A DNA stretch of 64,000 nucleotides, taken from Rhynchopus sp. YZ270_cl-10. Taxonomy: Eukaryota. The stretch spans positions 2,294,001-2,358,000 of the forward strand of contig OZ037833.1 of NCBI GenBank assembly GCA_964035575.1, in the 5' to 3' direction. Positions 13,801 to 24,300 of this stretch are shown one piece after another. The translations under genes and the position numbers were made by a program. The notes below the pieces were generated by a model. That model was not told the DNA's origin, did not search any database, and was given only the letters and a program-made list of their open reading frames with translations. The stretch's first letter is position 1; every line of letters begins with the position of its first letter.

Positions 13801-14404
13801 GATGATACCGAGTTCGTTGATGTGGACAGCCCCACGCCAGAGAAGCTGCACATCCCGACGATGCAGCAGGCGATCCAGGCGATGGCAGCAGCAGCGAACG
13901 CTTGATGAACAATTAGCATTAAAAAAAAAACACCCCCCGCCACCAAATCTAATCACCCCTCTCCATGTTTCCCCACTAGCGCGTGTCTGCCAATATAATG
14001 TTGCTGACATGCGCATTTGTGCCTTTCTCGTGTGATGTCACTACCCCCAACTTCCCCAACTAGTGTTCCCCCACGGCGAGATGGATCAACGCAACCTGCA
14101 TTTGCCTACAAAGGGCGTTCCAGGCTGTACCAAAAATGCCACAACACTTGACACCCCTCACCCTCCAACCCTTCTCCCGTTCAGAAGCCCGATCAAAGTA
14201 AACAAAATAGCCCCCTTCCGCCCCCGTTTTCCTCTTATCATGCATGGCGATCGCTGTCGATCGCTGTCGATCGCTGTCGATCGCTGGCGATCGCTGGCGA
14301 TCGCCACTTTTTTTTTGGCGATCGCTATTTTTTTTTGGCGATCAATGACGATCGCAAACTATGGCGATCGCCCGTAATCGACCGACGATCGCCACCATAC
14401 CGTG
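10885..14404 (+). mobile_element. hAT-like DNA transposon with about 42-bp TIRs
   Basis: Left CACGGTATGGTGGCGATCGTCGGTCGATTGCGGGCGATCGCC. Its reverse complement ends at 14404 with one mismatch. Subterminal (CGATCGC)n arrays at both ends. Inserted in a T-run, so TSD length is ambiguous. Confidence 0.92.
11206..13713 (+). CDS. hAT-like transposase
   Basis: 835-aa ORF (true start may be later). BED-like CTHC...HWKSQNH, first Asp in LVHDG, second Asp in IRSDRG, CxxH in CTSHLLH, TRF in place of TRW, C-terminal FWE...APSCTSPDSAMS. Confidence 0.85.
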   Translation: MRFIDLLMILLTMYCIMGSVDARGDEGTDLTAGKRKKGEQGGRAATKRTKYDPRATKDDEEDEDDEEEDDDDDDDDEEQEQEQKPSAQMLAKIASVEKVLKKETHNRDGLVKLAIEVGVLKKKEKPPVMAVLLRKCAVHRIQNPPPFTPKDKLTASEKSDTNKSLVAQVAGAAKQKLLPAVPLKACYTDLDPRSEQGLAIMTKANAMKNGYKLSTHASKFDGEQELPVCTHCKWAWSRDVKVYDITAVHWKSQNHREKVKNAAGNTPSTSEPVASSADITELAVELTAMLGIPFRAASLLLKGLAGRTIPAHGIDIQRGWREHGNVIYGAHVDEIKKNLGNQKISLVHDGGSSLQGHTVGVFIAQTRERSYCLPLQYSDTPYTGETLKKALEACLGEVGMTLSDVRLIRSDRGGASGGVSRELSVLLNVPYISCTSHLLHNVCSDVRTTLKADSDLVYEILHLSNFVFHDAKQQKRWRAFQKQFQKGSAVAELETLYKKMTARKKSASKLEMSQMLPHLIAMAKEKVTEEDCESVSKVTTFEELHSVVGTILSHDENSREAVAEAVRAPRVFDTRFISFLDAAQHLEQRVRPLFLFLSQEVQKKTASKSIVKLAQILRERGFEEVQEALSEFVEATTPMREVLQRYANAQAPGCGAVRVWSDLENLLEDLKKLSERPGRVGSICKIMWEGLNKRWRDKLEPGYFYYLALRQLTPAGFETGNITKSLMSNADLRMAFGWTEEDVSDEAFSLFSLQAGDFMGDSDIDFWENIMKKEEGCSFLAEGVLDALSTAPSCTSPDSAMSVVHHMLPAGRGAVSLQTHGFLSLLGINQDVARM

Positions 14405-14845
14405 TTTTTTGTTTGTTTGTTTGTTTGTTTGTTTGTCAAAGCCGAATAATGGATCCATCAACCGATTAACAAACGACCGGTTTCAACAGATTCCACCTAG
14501 AAAAATGGGGGAAACACATATAAAACGCACTAATCCATATTTTGTTATAGCCACTATACCATAAAATAGTTTAAAAAAAAAAACTATTTCGTTTTGTTTG
14601 TTTTGCTTTGTTTTGAGGCAAAACTAACAAATGACCATTCAAACCTAGGACAGACGTTCTATAGGCTTTCCCCAACTGTGATCATAAACACAATAAAAAC
14701 TTGAATAAAACAAAAACGGGAATAAAATCGGAACAAAAAATAAAGGCTGTGGAGAAGCGGGGGAGGGGGGAGGGACAAGGAGAAACGAACCCAAGAAACA
14801 TATGAAATAGACTACAACGCCACAGCTCGCCCTCACTGACAACAC

Positions 14846-16383
14846 CTATGCCGACACGCGGTGGGTGTCGAAAGCGGTGAGAGTGTTCTGCAACAACATT
14901 GCCACTGTCATAGGACCCACGCCACCGGGGACAGGTGTGATGTGTCCGGCGTTCTTCTTCGCCTCCTCGAAATCAACGTCGCTGTATGTTGTGGATAGTT
15001 TTCACCAAAAAGATTAAAGAAAAACTGTAGTTGTTGATGCAGGCACCTCCGACTGACCCACGTACGATGCCAGCCATCCGGATGAAAGCACAAGTACCCT
15101 GCGGCCTACAACAGCAGATGTAAAAAGGAAACCTAATGACTTGCCCGTACCGTAAGAGAAACGAGGGCGGAAAATTCGAAAAGGCCGAAAAAGGAAGCGG
15201 GAAAAAAGTTGATAAATTTTAAGCAAAGAACCTAACCTTTCTGTGATTTTTAGTCACTAAAAATAGGAAATAAAAGTTGAAAGTGCAAACGCCTAAAATA
15301 AACTCGTTTTTCCCTCCCTGGGAGGTAAAGTCCCGCTGTTCGGGAGGGAACCCCGCTCGGCGGTGAGAAAAATAATTCATCGGGCACAGTTAAACCACCC
15401 TTGGATAGGCTTCTAACAGGGGGATTCCTGGGGGGAGGAGTAGGTGTAAAAAGAGCATACCCAACAAGCTTTCCGCTGTCAAGACGGTTAATACCGATGT
15501 CAATGACAATTGCACCAGGGCGGATCCACTCTCCCTTAACCAAACCTGGCTTTCCTGCAGCAACAATGACACATTCGGCACGACGGACATGCGCCTCAAG
15601 GTCCCGGGTGAATCTGTGCACAATCTGCACGGAGCATCCGTTCAACAAAAGCTCGAGCATCATGGGGCGTCCAACGTGGTTGGAGGAGCCGACCACGAGA
15701 CATTCGAGGCCGTAGGGGTTCACCCCTGTGGACCAGATGAGGTGCATCACACCCCATGGGGTGCAGGGCCTCATGCGCGGTGCACGTGAGACGAGGGAAC
15801 CAAGGTTGGAGGGGTGGAAGCCGTCAACATCTTTGTGCGGCGCGATGCGCTCAATCACCTGGCGCACATTGTCGTTAAGCTCTCCGTGTGGGAGTGGGAG
15901 CTGGACGAGGATGCCGTCCACGTTCGTGTCTTTGTTGAGGTCGTCCACGGTGCTGAGGAGCTTCTCGAGTGTGGTCTCAACGGGGAGGCAAATCTGGGTG
16001 CTCTCAATTCCCACCTCCTCACAGGCCTTCTGCTTCTGGCGGACGTACACTTTGCTCGCAGGGTTCTCACCGATGAGGACAACAACGAGACCAGGCTTTC
16101 TGCTGACGTAGCGTTTGTCGCTCACGCGTGTTGCGATCTGCTCTTTCAATTTTCCACGGATTTCCGCAGCAACCTTCTTACCATCGATGATGCGCCCCTT
16201 CTCACAGTCTGCGTCGATACCGGGTGCGTTCTTGAAGGTGGTCGGCTCGTAGTACGTCGTGTAGTCAGCGTACGGCTCACCCACAGCCTCAAACTCAGGC
16301 GACTCAATCCGCCTCCACTCTGCGCGTTGCCTCTTGGCAACGTTCTCCACCTCCTTCGTCGGAGAGCTTCTCTTCTCAGACAT
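14846..16383 (-). CDS. folD: Bifunctional methylenetetrahydrofolate dehydrogenase/cyclohydrolase FolD, 2 exons
   Basis: Exons 16383-15461 and 14981-14846, 352 aa. [26 protein letters not shown], and exon 2 GDVDF...[16 protein letters not shown]. Confidence 0.95.
15028..15106 (-). repeat. Dispersed short repeat family A (other copies 29773-29831, 31061-31125, 42394-42469, all +)
   Basis: Shared core CTTTCATCCGG..GGCTGGCATCGTACGTGGGTCAGTCGGAGGTGCCTGCAT followed by a T-rich tract. Confidence 0.85.
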
Positions 16384-16487
16384 GTTGTGTATAGTAGGGG
16401 AGAGGATCCGTCAGAGGTTCTGTTGTGTAAGGGGTAAGTTATGAGTATTTACAACCCTCCCGCCAGGTACCCGAAGGCTCCCGGCGG

Positions 16488-16707
16488 GAGGGTCATATTT
16501 TCGAAACCCTCCCGCCGGGTTTTTTGCTCGAGGGAGCCCTGTTGGACCACGAGGGGACCCGTGTGGGCCCGAGGGAGGCCGTGTGGGGGAACGAGGGCGA
16601 AGCCCGAGCCCCACACGGCCTCCCGAGGGCCCACACGGGTCCCCGAGGGTCCAACAGGGCTCCCGAGAGCAAAAAACCCGGCGGGAGCGGTTTCGAAAAG
16701 GACCCTC
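16488..16707 (+). repeat. Long imperfect palindrome with four tandem GA/GA mismatches and a GCGAAGC apex
   Basis: Arms of about 105 bp pair around GCGAAGC at 16597-16603. Confidence 0.9.
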
Positions 16708-16818
16708 ACAACGGAGAGCCTAAGGGGTGGCTAGGGGGGTTGTAGGACGCTTTGTTTCACGCGGGAGGGTCAAAAAAACCCTCACCGACGCTACGTAGAG
16801 TGAGAAAAACCCAAAAAA

Positions 16819-17337
16819 CCTGGCGGGAGGGTCCAAAAAGCTGGCGGGAGGGTCCCCAGACCTGGCGGGAGGGTCCCCAGACCTGGCGGGAGGGTCCAAA
16901 AAGCTGGCGGGAGGGTCCCCAGACCTGGCGGGAGGGTCCCCAGACCTGGCGGGAGGGTCCAAAAAGCTGGCGGGAGGGTCCCCAGACCTGGCGGGAGGGT
17001 CCCCAGACCTGGCGGGAGGGTCCCCAGACCTGGCGGGAGGGTCCACAGACCTGGCGGGAGGGTCCACAGACCTGGCGGGAGGGTCCCCAGACCTGGCGGG
17101 AGGGTCCAAAAAGCTGGCGGGAGGGTCCCCAGACCTGGCGGGAGGGTCCCCAGACCTGGCGGGAGGGTCCCCAGACCTGGCGGGAGGGTCCACAGACCTG
17201 GCGGGAGGGTCCACAGACCTGGCGGGAGGGTCCCCAGACCTGGCGGGAGGGTCCAAAAAGCTGGCGGGAGGGTCCCCAGACCTGGCGGGAGGGTCCCCAG
17301 ACCTGGCGGGAGGGTCCAAAAGCTGGCGGGAGGGTCC
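16819..17337. repeat. 21-bp GC-rich tandem array, about 25 copies of CTGGCGGGAGGGTCCCCAGAC
   Basis: Read directly. The 7-aa periodic spurious ORFs confirm the period. Variants end in CCCCAGAC, CCACAGAC or CCAAAAAG. Inverted copies of the core lie at 16454 and 17340. Confidence 0.97.
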
Positions 17338-18199
17338 GGACCCTCCCGCCAGGTTTACCCTCCCGCCGGGTGGGTTTGACCCTCCCGGCGGGCGTGTAAA
17401 GTAGCTGGCGGGAGGGTCTTTTTGACCCTCCCTAGGGAAACAAACATTGGACAACACTGGGAAGCAAGGGGAAATCAGTAATCAGTGCGATACTGGTCGC
17501 CTCACCTCCACAACGTGTCAACTATGGCTGAGTTACTCTCTACTACATCACAAGTCAACGTCCCTATTTCACACATTTTTAAAACATTAGTAATAACCAT
17601 ACAACCAAAAAATAAAGAAGCTGCACAGCACAGCTATTACGGGGATAAGAGGGGTAGAGGGGTAGAGAGAGAGAGAGACGGGGGTGGTGGATAGGGAGGC
17701 CTTCCTCCAATCGAAAGAAAAACCTTGACCGACGGCCCACAAATATTACGCAAGAAAAGCTTAGCGGGGAATAGAACATAAACTGCAACAAATGCAGCAG
17801 TCAGCTGCCTGAAAACACACATGGGTCGGTGGGAGGAGGATTCTTTTCCAAAAAAAAAAGAAAAAAAGAAAAAAAAAGTTCCTTAACACTCGGTGTTAAG
17901 GTCTTTAAGGTTGCTGATCACCTCCCACCCACCCTCCCACCCCACCCCCCCCCCAGGGTGGGTTTCGGCCATTTTTTTTCAGGTCTCTAAACGTCCAAAG
18001 AGGTCAAAAAAGTGGATTCTTGGGAAGATAGGAGGTTTTTAGGAGACTTTCTCTGAAGCAAAGACCTCCAAACCCTGACAGACCCTGAAACGAGGGTGTC
18101 GCGAGTACCCCTTTTTTACACGTGTTTCTTAAGGGTTCTACAGGGTTCTACAGGCAAAACAGGCGTTTTGGCCGAAAACCCGGTTTTTCAGGCAGGTAT

Positions 18200-18335
18200 A
18201 GCTATTTCCCTCCCTCCCGCCAGAGCCCGAGGGATCCCTTGAGGGAGGTCAGGGCAGCCCGAGGGCCGAAGGCCCGAGGGCGCCCTGACCTCCCGAAAGG
18301 GAATCCCGAGGGCCAAGGGAGGGAGGGATGTAGCT
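18200..18335 (+). repeat. Imperfect palindrome with three tandem GA/GA mismatches and a CGAAG apex
   Basis: Arms pair around GGCC-GAA-GGCC, with the GAA at 18268-18270. Confidence 0.9.
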
Positions 18336-18584
18336 TTGTGACCCGAAGAGGTCGTTTTCTACCCGAACTGCCTGCAAACAAGCGCTTTTGTGGTGTTTTG
18401 TGTACAAACACGTATGTTTTTCGGCCCACATGGGTACCATCGTTTGTGGCCCACGGACGCCCAAAAGCATGCGGATACGCTTTTCGAGTCGCAGAAACCA
18501 GGTTGTGGGCCGTTTTAAAAAGTTTTTGGCCGGTTTCTGTCACCAAAACGCACATTCTCTCGCGGGAATTTTTGGTGCTCTCAA

Positions 18585-19809
18585 CAAGGCTCTAAGTCGA
18601 CAGTGTGTCTTTGTGTCTAGACACTGTCGAAAGACACAAAGACACAAAGACACACTGTGTCTTTTGTCGAAGACACAGTGTGTCTTTGTCGACTGTCGAC
18701 TGTGTCTTGTCGAAAAAAAAAATTTTTTTTTTTTTCGACATCACAAAATTTTTTCACCCAAAAAAAAAATTTTTTTTTGGGACCCGCGGGCACCGGGCAT
18801 GCAAATAAAGCAAGAATTTTGATGTTTTGAGCATCTAGAATTTATTTCCCGGTCATTTTGTGTACCCTGTACATTTTGTATGGGCCAGCGACTTGTCGAA
18901 AAATCGAAAAAAAATCGAAAAAAAAATTTTTTTTTTTGGGAAAATTTCGACCCTGAGGTGGGTTTTTGGGCACCAAAAAATGCAAAAAAACGCAAAAATC
19001 GGGTGTTTTGACCATCTGTGGTTACACAAAACACACTTCTGTGTACAAGCCTACACCAATACAGTGGTAATACAAAGCGATTTTTGGCCAAAAAAAAAAA
19101 TTTTTTTTTTGCCCAAAATCAGGCGTGGTACCTCATAAAATTGCCCGATGAATCCAATGAAAACCTCAGATTGGGCAAATTATGAAAAAAATTTTCAAGT
19201 CGAATTTTCAGCCAAAATACGGCTATTTTGGTCATACCTTACGTACTGACAGTACCCCAGAAAGTAGTTGTCGAAAAAAAAAAAATTCAAAAAAAAAAAA
19301 ATTTTTTTTTTCGCAAAGGCAAATTGAGTTCTTTTGATCTTTTTTTGCAGAAAAACGCGGGGAAATGCCTTAAAAAGGCTCAAAAGTTGAAAATTCTGGC
19401 TTTATTTGAAAGATAGGGCCAGAACTAGGAAAAAAGGGCCAAAAAAAAAAATAAGGTTCGTAAGGCAAAACCGAATTCCATAATTTCCAAAAAAAAAAAA
19501 AAAAAATGGCAAAATTTTTTCAACGACCAAAAAAAAAAAATTTTTTTTTTTTTTTTTATGGGGGTCGCGACCCGGGTCGCGGGGGTCTCGGGGAAATGGT
19601 CGTCTTGTTCGCCTTTGTTGCTTATAAGGCCATATGACCCAAAAATTTTTTTTTCGACATCACAAAAAAAAAATTTTTTTTTTCCTAACAAAAAAAAAAA
19701 AAAATTTTTCACGCAGGGTCACCAAAAAAAAAAAAATTTTTTTTTCGACTTTTCGACAGTCGGCCGACAGTCGGCCGACAGGGGCCGACACTGTCGACTT
19801 AGAGCCTTG
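18585..19809. mobile_element. Non-autonomous TIR element with 7-bp TSD CTCTCAA
   Basis: TIR CAAGGCTCTAAGTCGACAGTGT. CTCTCAA at 18578-18584 and 19810-19816. Interior is A/T-tract rich with GTCGAC subterminal repeats. Confidence 0.9.
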
Positions 19810-19859
19810 CTCTCAAGGGAATCCTCTTAGCTCTCAAGGGAATCCCTTGAGACCTCTGG

Positions 19860-20247
19860 CAAGGCTCTGATGAGGCCCAGGCCTCCCGGCCGGGAGGCCC
19901 GGCCTCCCAGGCCTCCCGGCCTCCCAAAAAAAAAATTTTTTTTCCGGTGACATCTGCGGAACTTTTTTTTTTTTTTTCCTTAGGAAAAATTTTCGGGTAC
20001 TTAGCAAAATTCGGCAAAAAAATATGGATTTTGCTTACGTCGCTACTGGACCGTCTGTGATGGTTTTTTTTGGATTTTTTTTTTTGGATTTTTTTTTCCG
20101 AAATCGCCCACTCCCAAAAAAAAATTTTTTTTTTTTTTTTGGTGAAAAATTTTGTGATGTCGAAAAAAAAAAATTTTTTTTGGGAGGCCGGGAGGCCTGG
20201 GAGGCCGGGCCTCCCGGCCGGGAGGCCTGGGCCTCATCAGAGCCTTG
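19860..20247. mobile_element. MITE with about 80-bp TIRs and 7-bp TSD CCTCTGG
   Basis: TIR CAAGGCTCTGATGAGGCCCAGGCCTCCCGGCC.... CCTCTGG at 19853-19859 and 20248-20254. Confidence 0.93.
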
Positions 20248-20332
20248 CCTCTGGAGGGTTACAAACCGGGTTTCCGGCTTGGGAAACGTGCCAGCGCGCT
20301 GCGAGAACCATGCGTGGGGGTTTGTAACCACT

Positions 20333-20760
20333 CGTTGCGTTGGTTGCGTTGCGTTCGCTACGTTGCGTACACATAGCTACGTGCACACCGGTTACGTTGT
20401 GTTGCATGCGTTGCGTTCGTTGTGTAGAGATCGTTATATACAGAGTGCAACGTACGGAGCGGTTGCGTTGCGTTGGTTGTGTTCGGTTGGTTACGTTCGT
20501 TGCGTTCCGATCGTTTCGTACACATCGGTTGCGTTGCGTTCGTTGCATACAGATCGTTACGTACTCATCGCTTGCATTGCGTTGGATGCGGTGCGCTCGG
20601 TGCGTTGCGTTGCTTCCGTGTCTTTGGTTCGAGACGTTACGTACCGAACGGTTGCGTTGCGTCGGTTGCATTCGTTCCGTTCACATCGTTCCGATCTGAA
20701 CGGAACGATGTGAACGCAAGAAACGTATCGCATCGGTTGCGTTGGCTTGTGTGCGTTGCA
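20333..20760. repeat. Degenerate CGTTG-rich repeat tract
   Basis: Recurrent GGTTGCGTTGCGTT and GTTACGT motifs, similar in composition to the downstream 14-bp satellite. Confidence 0.75.
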
Positions 20761-21386
20761 AACCTTTCATACATCAACCACACCAGCCAGTGAGTGTTAA
20801 GGATTGCCAAAAAAAACTAAATACCAAAAAAAAAAAAGGGACAGGATCACTAGTTTCGATACATTTCAATACACAACGAATCACAGAGCATACACCCCTT
20901 CTCAAGGAAGCGACTAAGAGGCAGAAACCTGATGTGTCCGAATAAAGACAAACGTTGTACCACAACCTTGGGGTTGTCAACACACCAGGTTCAGCAACAC
21001 AACACCATGACAAGTCATCTTGTATCACTATCCATCCCTAAACACTCAGCGTTAAGCTCCTCAAGTTTGCATGCAACTTACCCTCACCCTCCCACCACAG
21101 CAGAGAAAAAGCAGGGTTCCCGGTCACTCTGTCCGGTGAGTCAATGTCCAGGTGAAGGACCTAGTCAAACAGACAAAAAACGTGTCCCTGGTCCCCGACT
21201 CTCACTCGCAGATGTACTCGCAGCTTCTGTCGGCCTCACACCTCCTCCCGCTTCGGGGTCGGTCTATGGGTTGTCCAAATGTCAGAACGGCCAAAGTACC
21301 CAAAGCAGTTCCTCAACACTCAGTTTGAGTGTTTTAACCATATCTTCACCACCACATCTCAGTGTAACGAATGCCTGATTACGTAC

Positions 21387-24300
21387 GCGTTGTAACGGAT
21401 GCGTTGTTACGGATGCGTTGTTACGGACGCGGTGTAACGGATGCGTTGTTACGGATGCGTGGTTACGGACGCGTTGTTACGGATGCGTTGTTACGGACTC
21501 GTTGTTACTGATGCGTTGTTACGGATGCGTGGTTACGGACGCGTTGTTACGGATGCGTTGTTAAGGATGCGTGGTTACGGACGCGTTGTAACGGATGCGG
21601 TGTTACGGACGCGTTGTTACGTATGCGTTGTAACGGATGCGTTGTTAAGGATGCGTTATTACGGACGCGTTGTTACGGATGCGTTGTAACGGATGCGTTG
21701 TAACGGATGCGTTGTTACGGACTCGTTGTTACGGATGCGTTGTAACGGATGCGTTGTTACGGATGCGTGGTTACGGACGCGTTGTTACGGATGCGTTGTA
21801 ACGGATGCGTTGTTACGGATGCGTTGTTACGGATGCGTTGTTACGGATGCGTTGTTACGGATGCGTTGTAACGGATGCGTTGTTACGGATGCGTGGTTAC
21901 GGACGCGTTGTTACGGATGCGTTGTAACGGATGCGTTGTTACGGATGAGTTGTTACGGATGCGTTGTTACGGATGCGTGGTTACGGACGCGTTGTTACGG
22001 ATGCGTTGTAACGGATGAGTTGTTACGGATGCGTTGTTACGGATGCGTTGTTACGGATGCGTTGTAACGGATGCGTTGTTACGGATGCGTTGTAACGGAT
22101 GAGTTGTTACGGATGCGTTGTTACGGATGCGTTGTAACGGATGCGTTGTTACGGATGCGTTGTTACGGACGCGTTGTTACGGATGCGTTGTTACGGATGC
22201 GTTGTTACGGATGCGTTGTTACGGATGCGTTGTAACGGATGCGTTGTTGCGGATGCGTTGTAACGGACGTGTGACAACGGATGCGTTGTTACGGACGTGT
22301 GACAACGGATGCGTTGTTATGGACGAGTTGTTACGGATGCGTTGTAACGGATGCGTTGTAACGGATGCGTTGTTACGGATGCGTGGTTACGGACTCGTTG
22401 TTACGGATGCGTTGTTACGGATGCGTTGTTACGGATGCGTTGTTACGGATGCGTTGTAACGGATGCGTTGTTACGGACGTGTGACAACGGATGCGTTGTT
22501 ACGGACGTGTGACAACGGATGCGTTGTTATGGACGAGTTGTTACGGATGCGTTGTAACGGATGCGTCGTTACGGATGCGTTGTTATGGACGAGTTGTTAC
22601 GGATGCGTTGTAACGGATGCGTTGTTACGGATGCGTTGTTACGGACGCGTTGTTATGGACGAGTTGTTACGGATGCGTTGTAACGGATGCGTTGTTACGG
22701 ATGCGTTGTTACGGATGCGTTGTTACGGATGAGTTGTAACGGATGCGTTGTTACGGATGCGTTGTTACGGATGCGTTGTTACGGATGCGTTGTTACGGAC
22801 GCGTTGTTACGGACGCGTTGTTACGGACGCGTTGTAACGGATGCGTTGTTACGGATGCGTTGTTACGGATGCGTTGTAACGGATGCGTGGTTACGGACGC
22901 GTTGTAACGGATGCGTTGTTACGGACGCGTTGTTACGGACGCGTTGTAACGGATGCGTTGTTACGGATGCGTTGTTACGGACGCGTTGTTACGGACGCGT
23001 TGTAACGGATGCGTTGTTACGGATGCGTTGTTACGGATGCGTTGTTACGGACGCGTTGTTATGGACGAGTTGTTACGGATGCGTTGTTACGGATGCGTTG
23101 TAACGGATGCGTTGTTACGGATGCTTTGTTACGGACGCGTTGTTACGGATGCGTTGTAACGGATGCGTTGTAACGGATGCGTTGTTACGGACGTGTGACA
23201 ACGGATGCGTTGTTACGGATGTGTGACAACGGATGCGTTGTTATGGACGAGTTGTTACGGACGCGTTGTAACGGATGCGTTGTTGCGGATGCGTTGTTAC
23301 GGATGCGTTGTTACGGACGTGTGACAACGGATGCGTTGTTATGGACGAGTTGTTACGGATGCGTTGTAACGGATGCGTTGTAACGGACGCGTTGTTACGG
23401 ACGCGTTGTTATGGACGAGTTGTTACGGATGCGTTGTTACGGATGCGTTGTAACGGATGCGTTGTGACGGATGCTTTGTTACGGACGCGTTGTTACGGAT
23501 GCGTTGTAACGGATGCGTTGTAACGGATGCGTTGTAACGGATGCGTTGTTACGGATGCGTGGTTACGGACGCGTTGTAACGGATGCGTGGTTACGGATGC
23601 GTTGTTACGGACGCGTTGTTACGGACGCGTTGTAACGGATGCGTTGTTACGGATGCGTTGTTACGGATGCGTTGTAACGGATGCGTGGTTACGGACGCGT
23701 TGTAACGGATGCGTTGTTACGGACGCGTTGTTACGGACGCGTTGTAACGGATGCGTTGTTACGGATGCGTTGTTACGGATGCGTTGTTACGGACGCGTTG
23801 TAACGGATGCGTTGTTACGGATGCGTTGTTACGGATGCGTTGTAACGGATGCGTTGTAACGGATGCGTTGTTACGGATGCGTTGTAACGGATGCGTTGTT
23901 ACGGATGCGTGGTTACGGACGCGTTGTTACGGATGCGTTGTAACGGATGAGTTGTTACGGATGCGTTGTTACGGATGCGTTGTAACGGACGCGTTGTTAT
24001 GGACGAGTTGTTACGGATGCGTTGTAACGGATGCGTTGTAACGGATGCGTTGTTACGGATGCGTGGTTACGGACTCGTTGTTACGGATGCGTTGTTACGG
24101 ATGCGTTGTTACGGATGCGTTGTTACGGATGCGTTGTAACGGATGCGTTGTTACGGACGTGTGACAACGGATGCGTTGTTATGGACGAGTTGTTACGGAT
24201 GCGTTGTAACGGATGCGTTGTAACGGATGCGTTGTTACGGATGCGTGGTTACGGACTCGTTGTTACGGATGCGTTGTTACGGATGCGTTGTTACGGATGC

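Noticed and set aside
16720..17457. WREGPQT and DPPARSG repeat ORFs
   Set aside because: By-product of a 21-bp unit with no stops, open on both strands.
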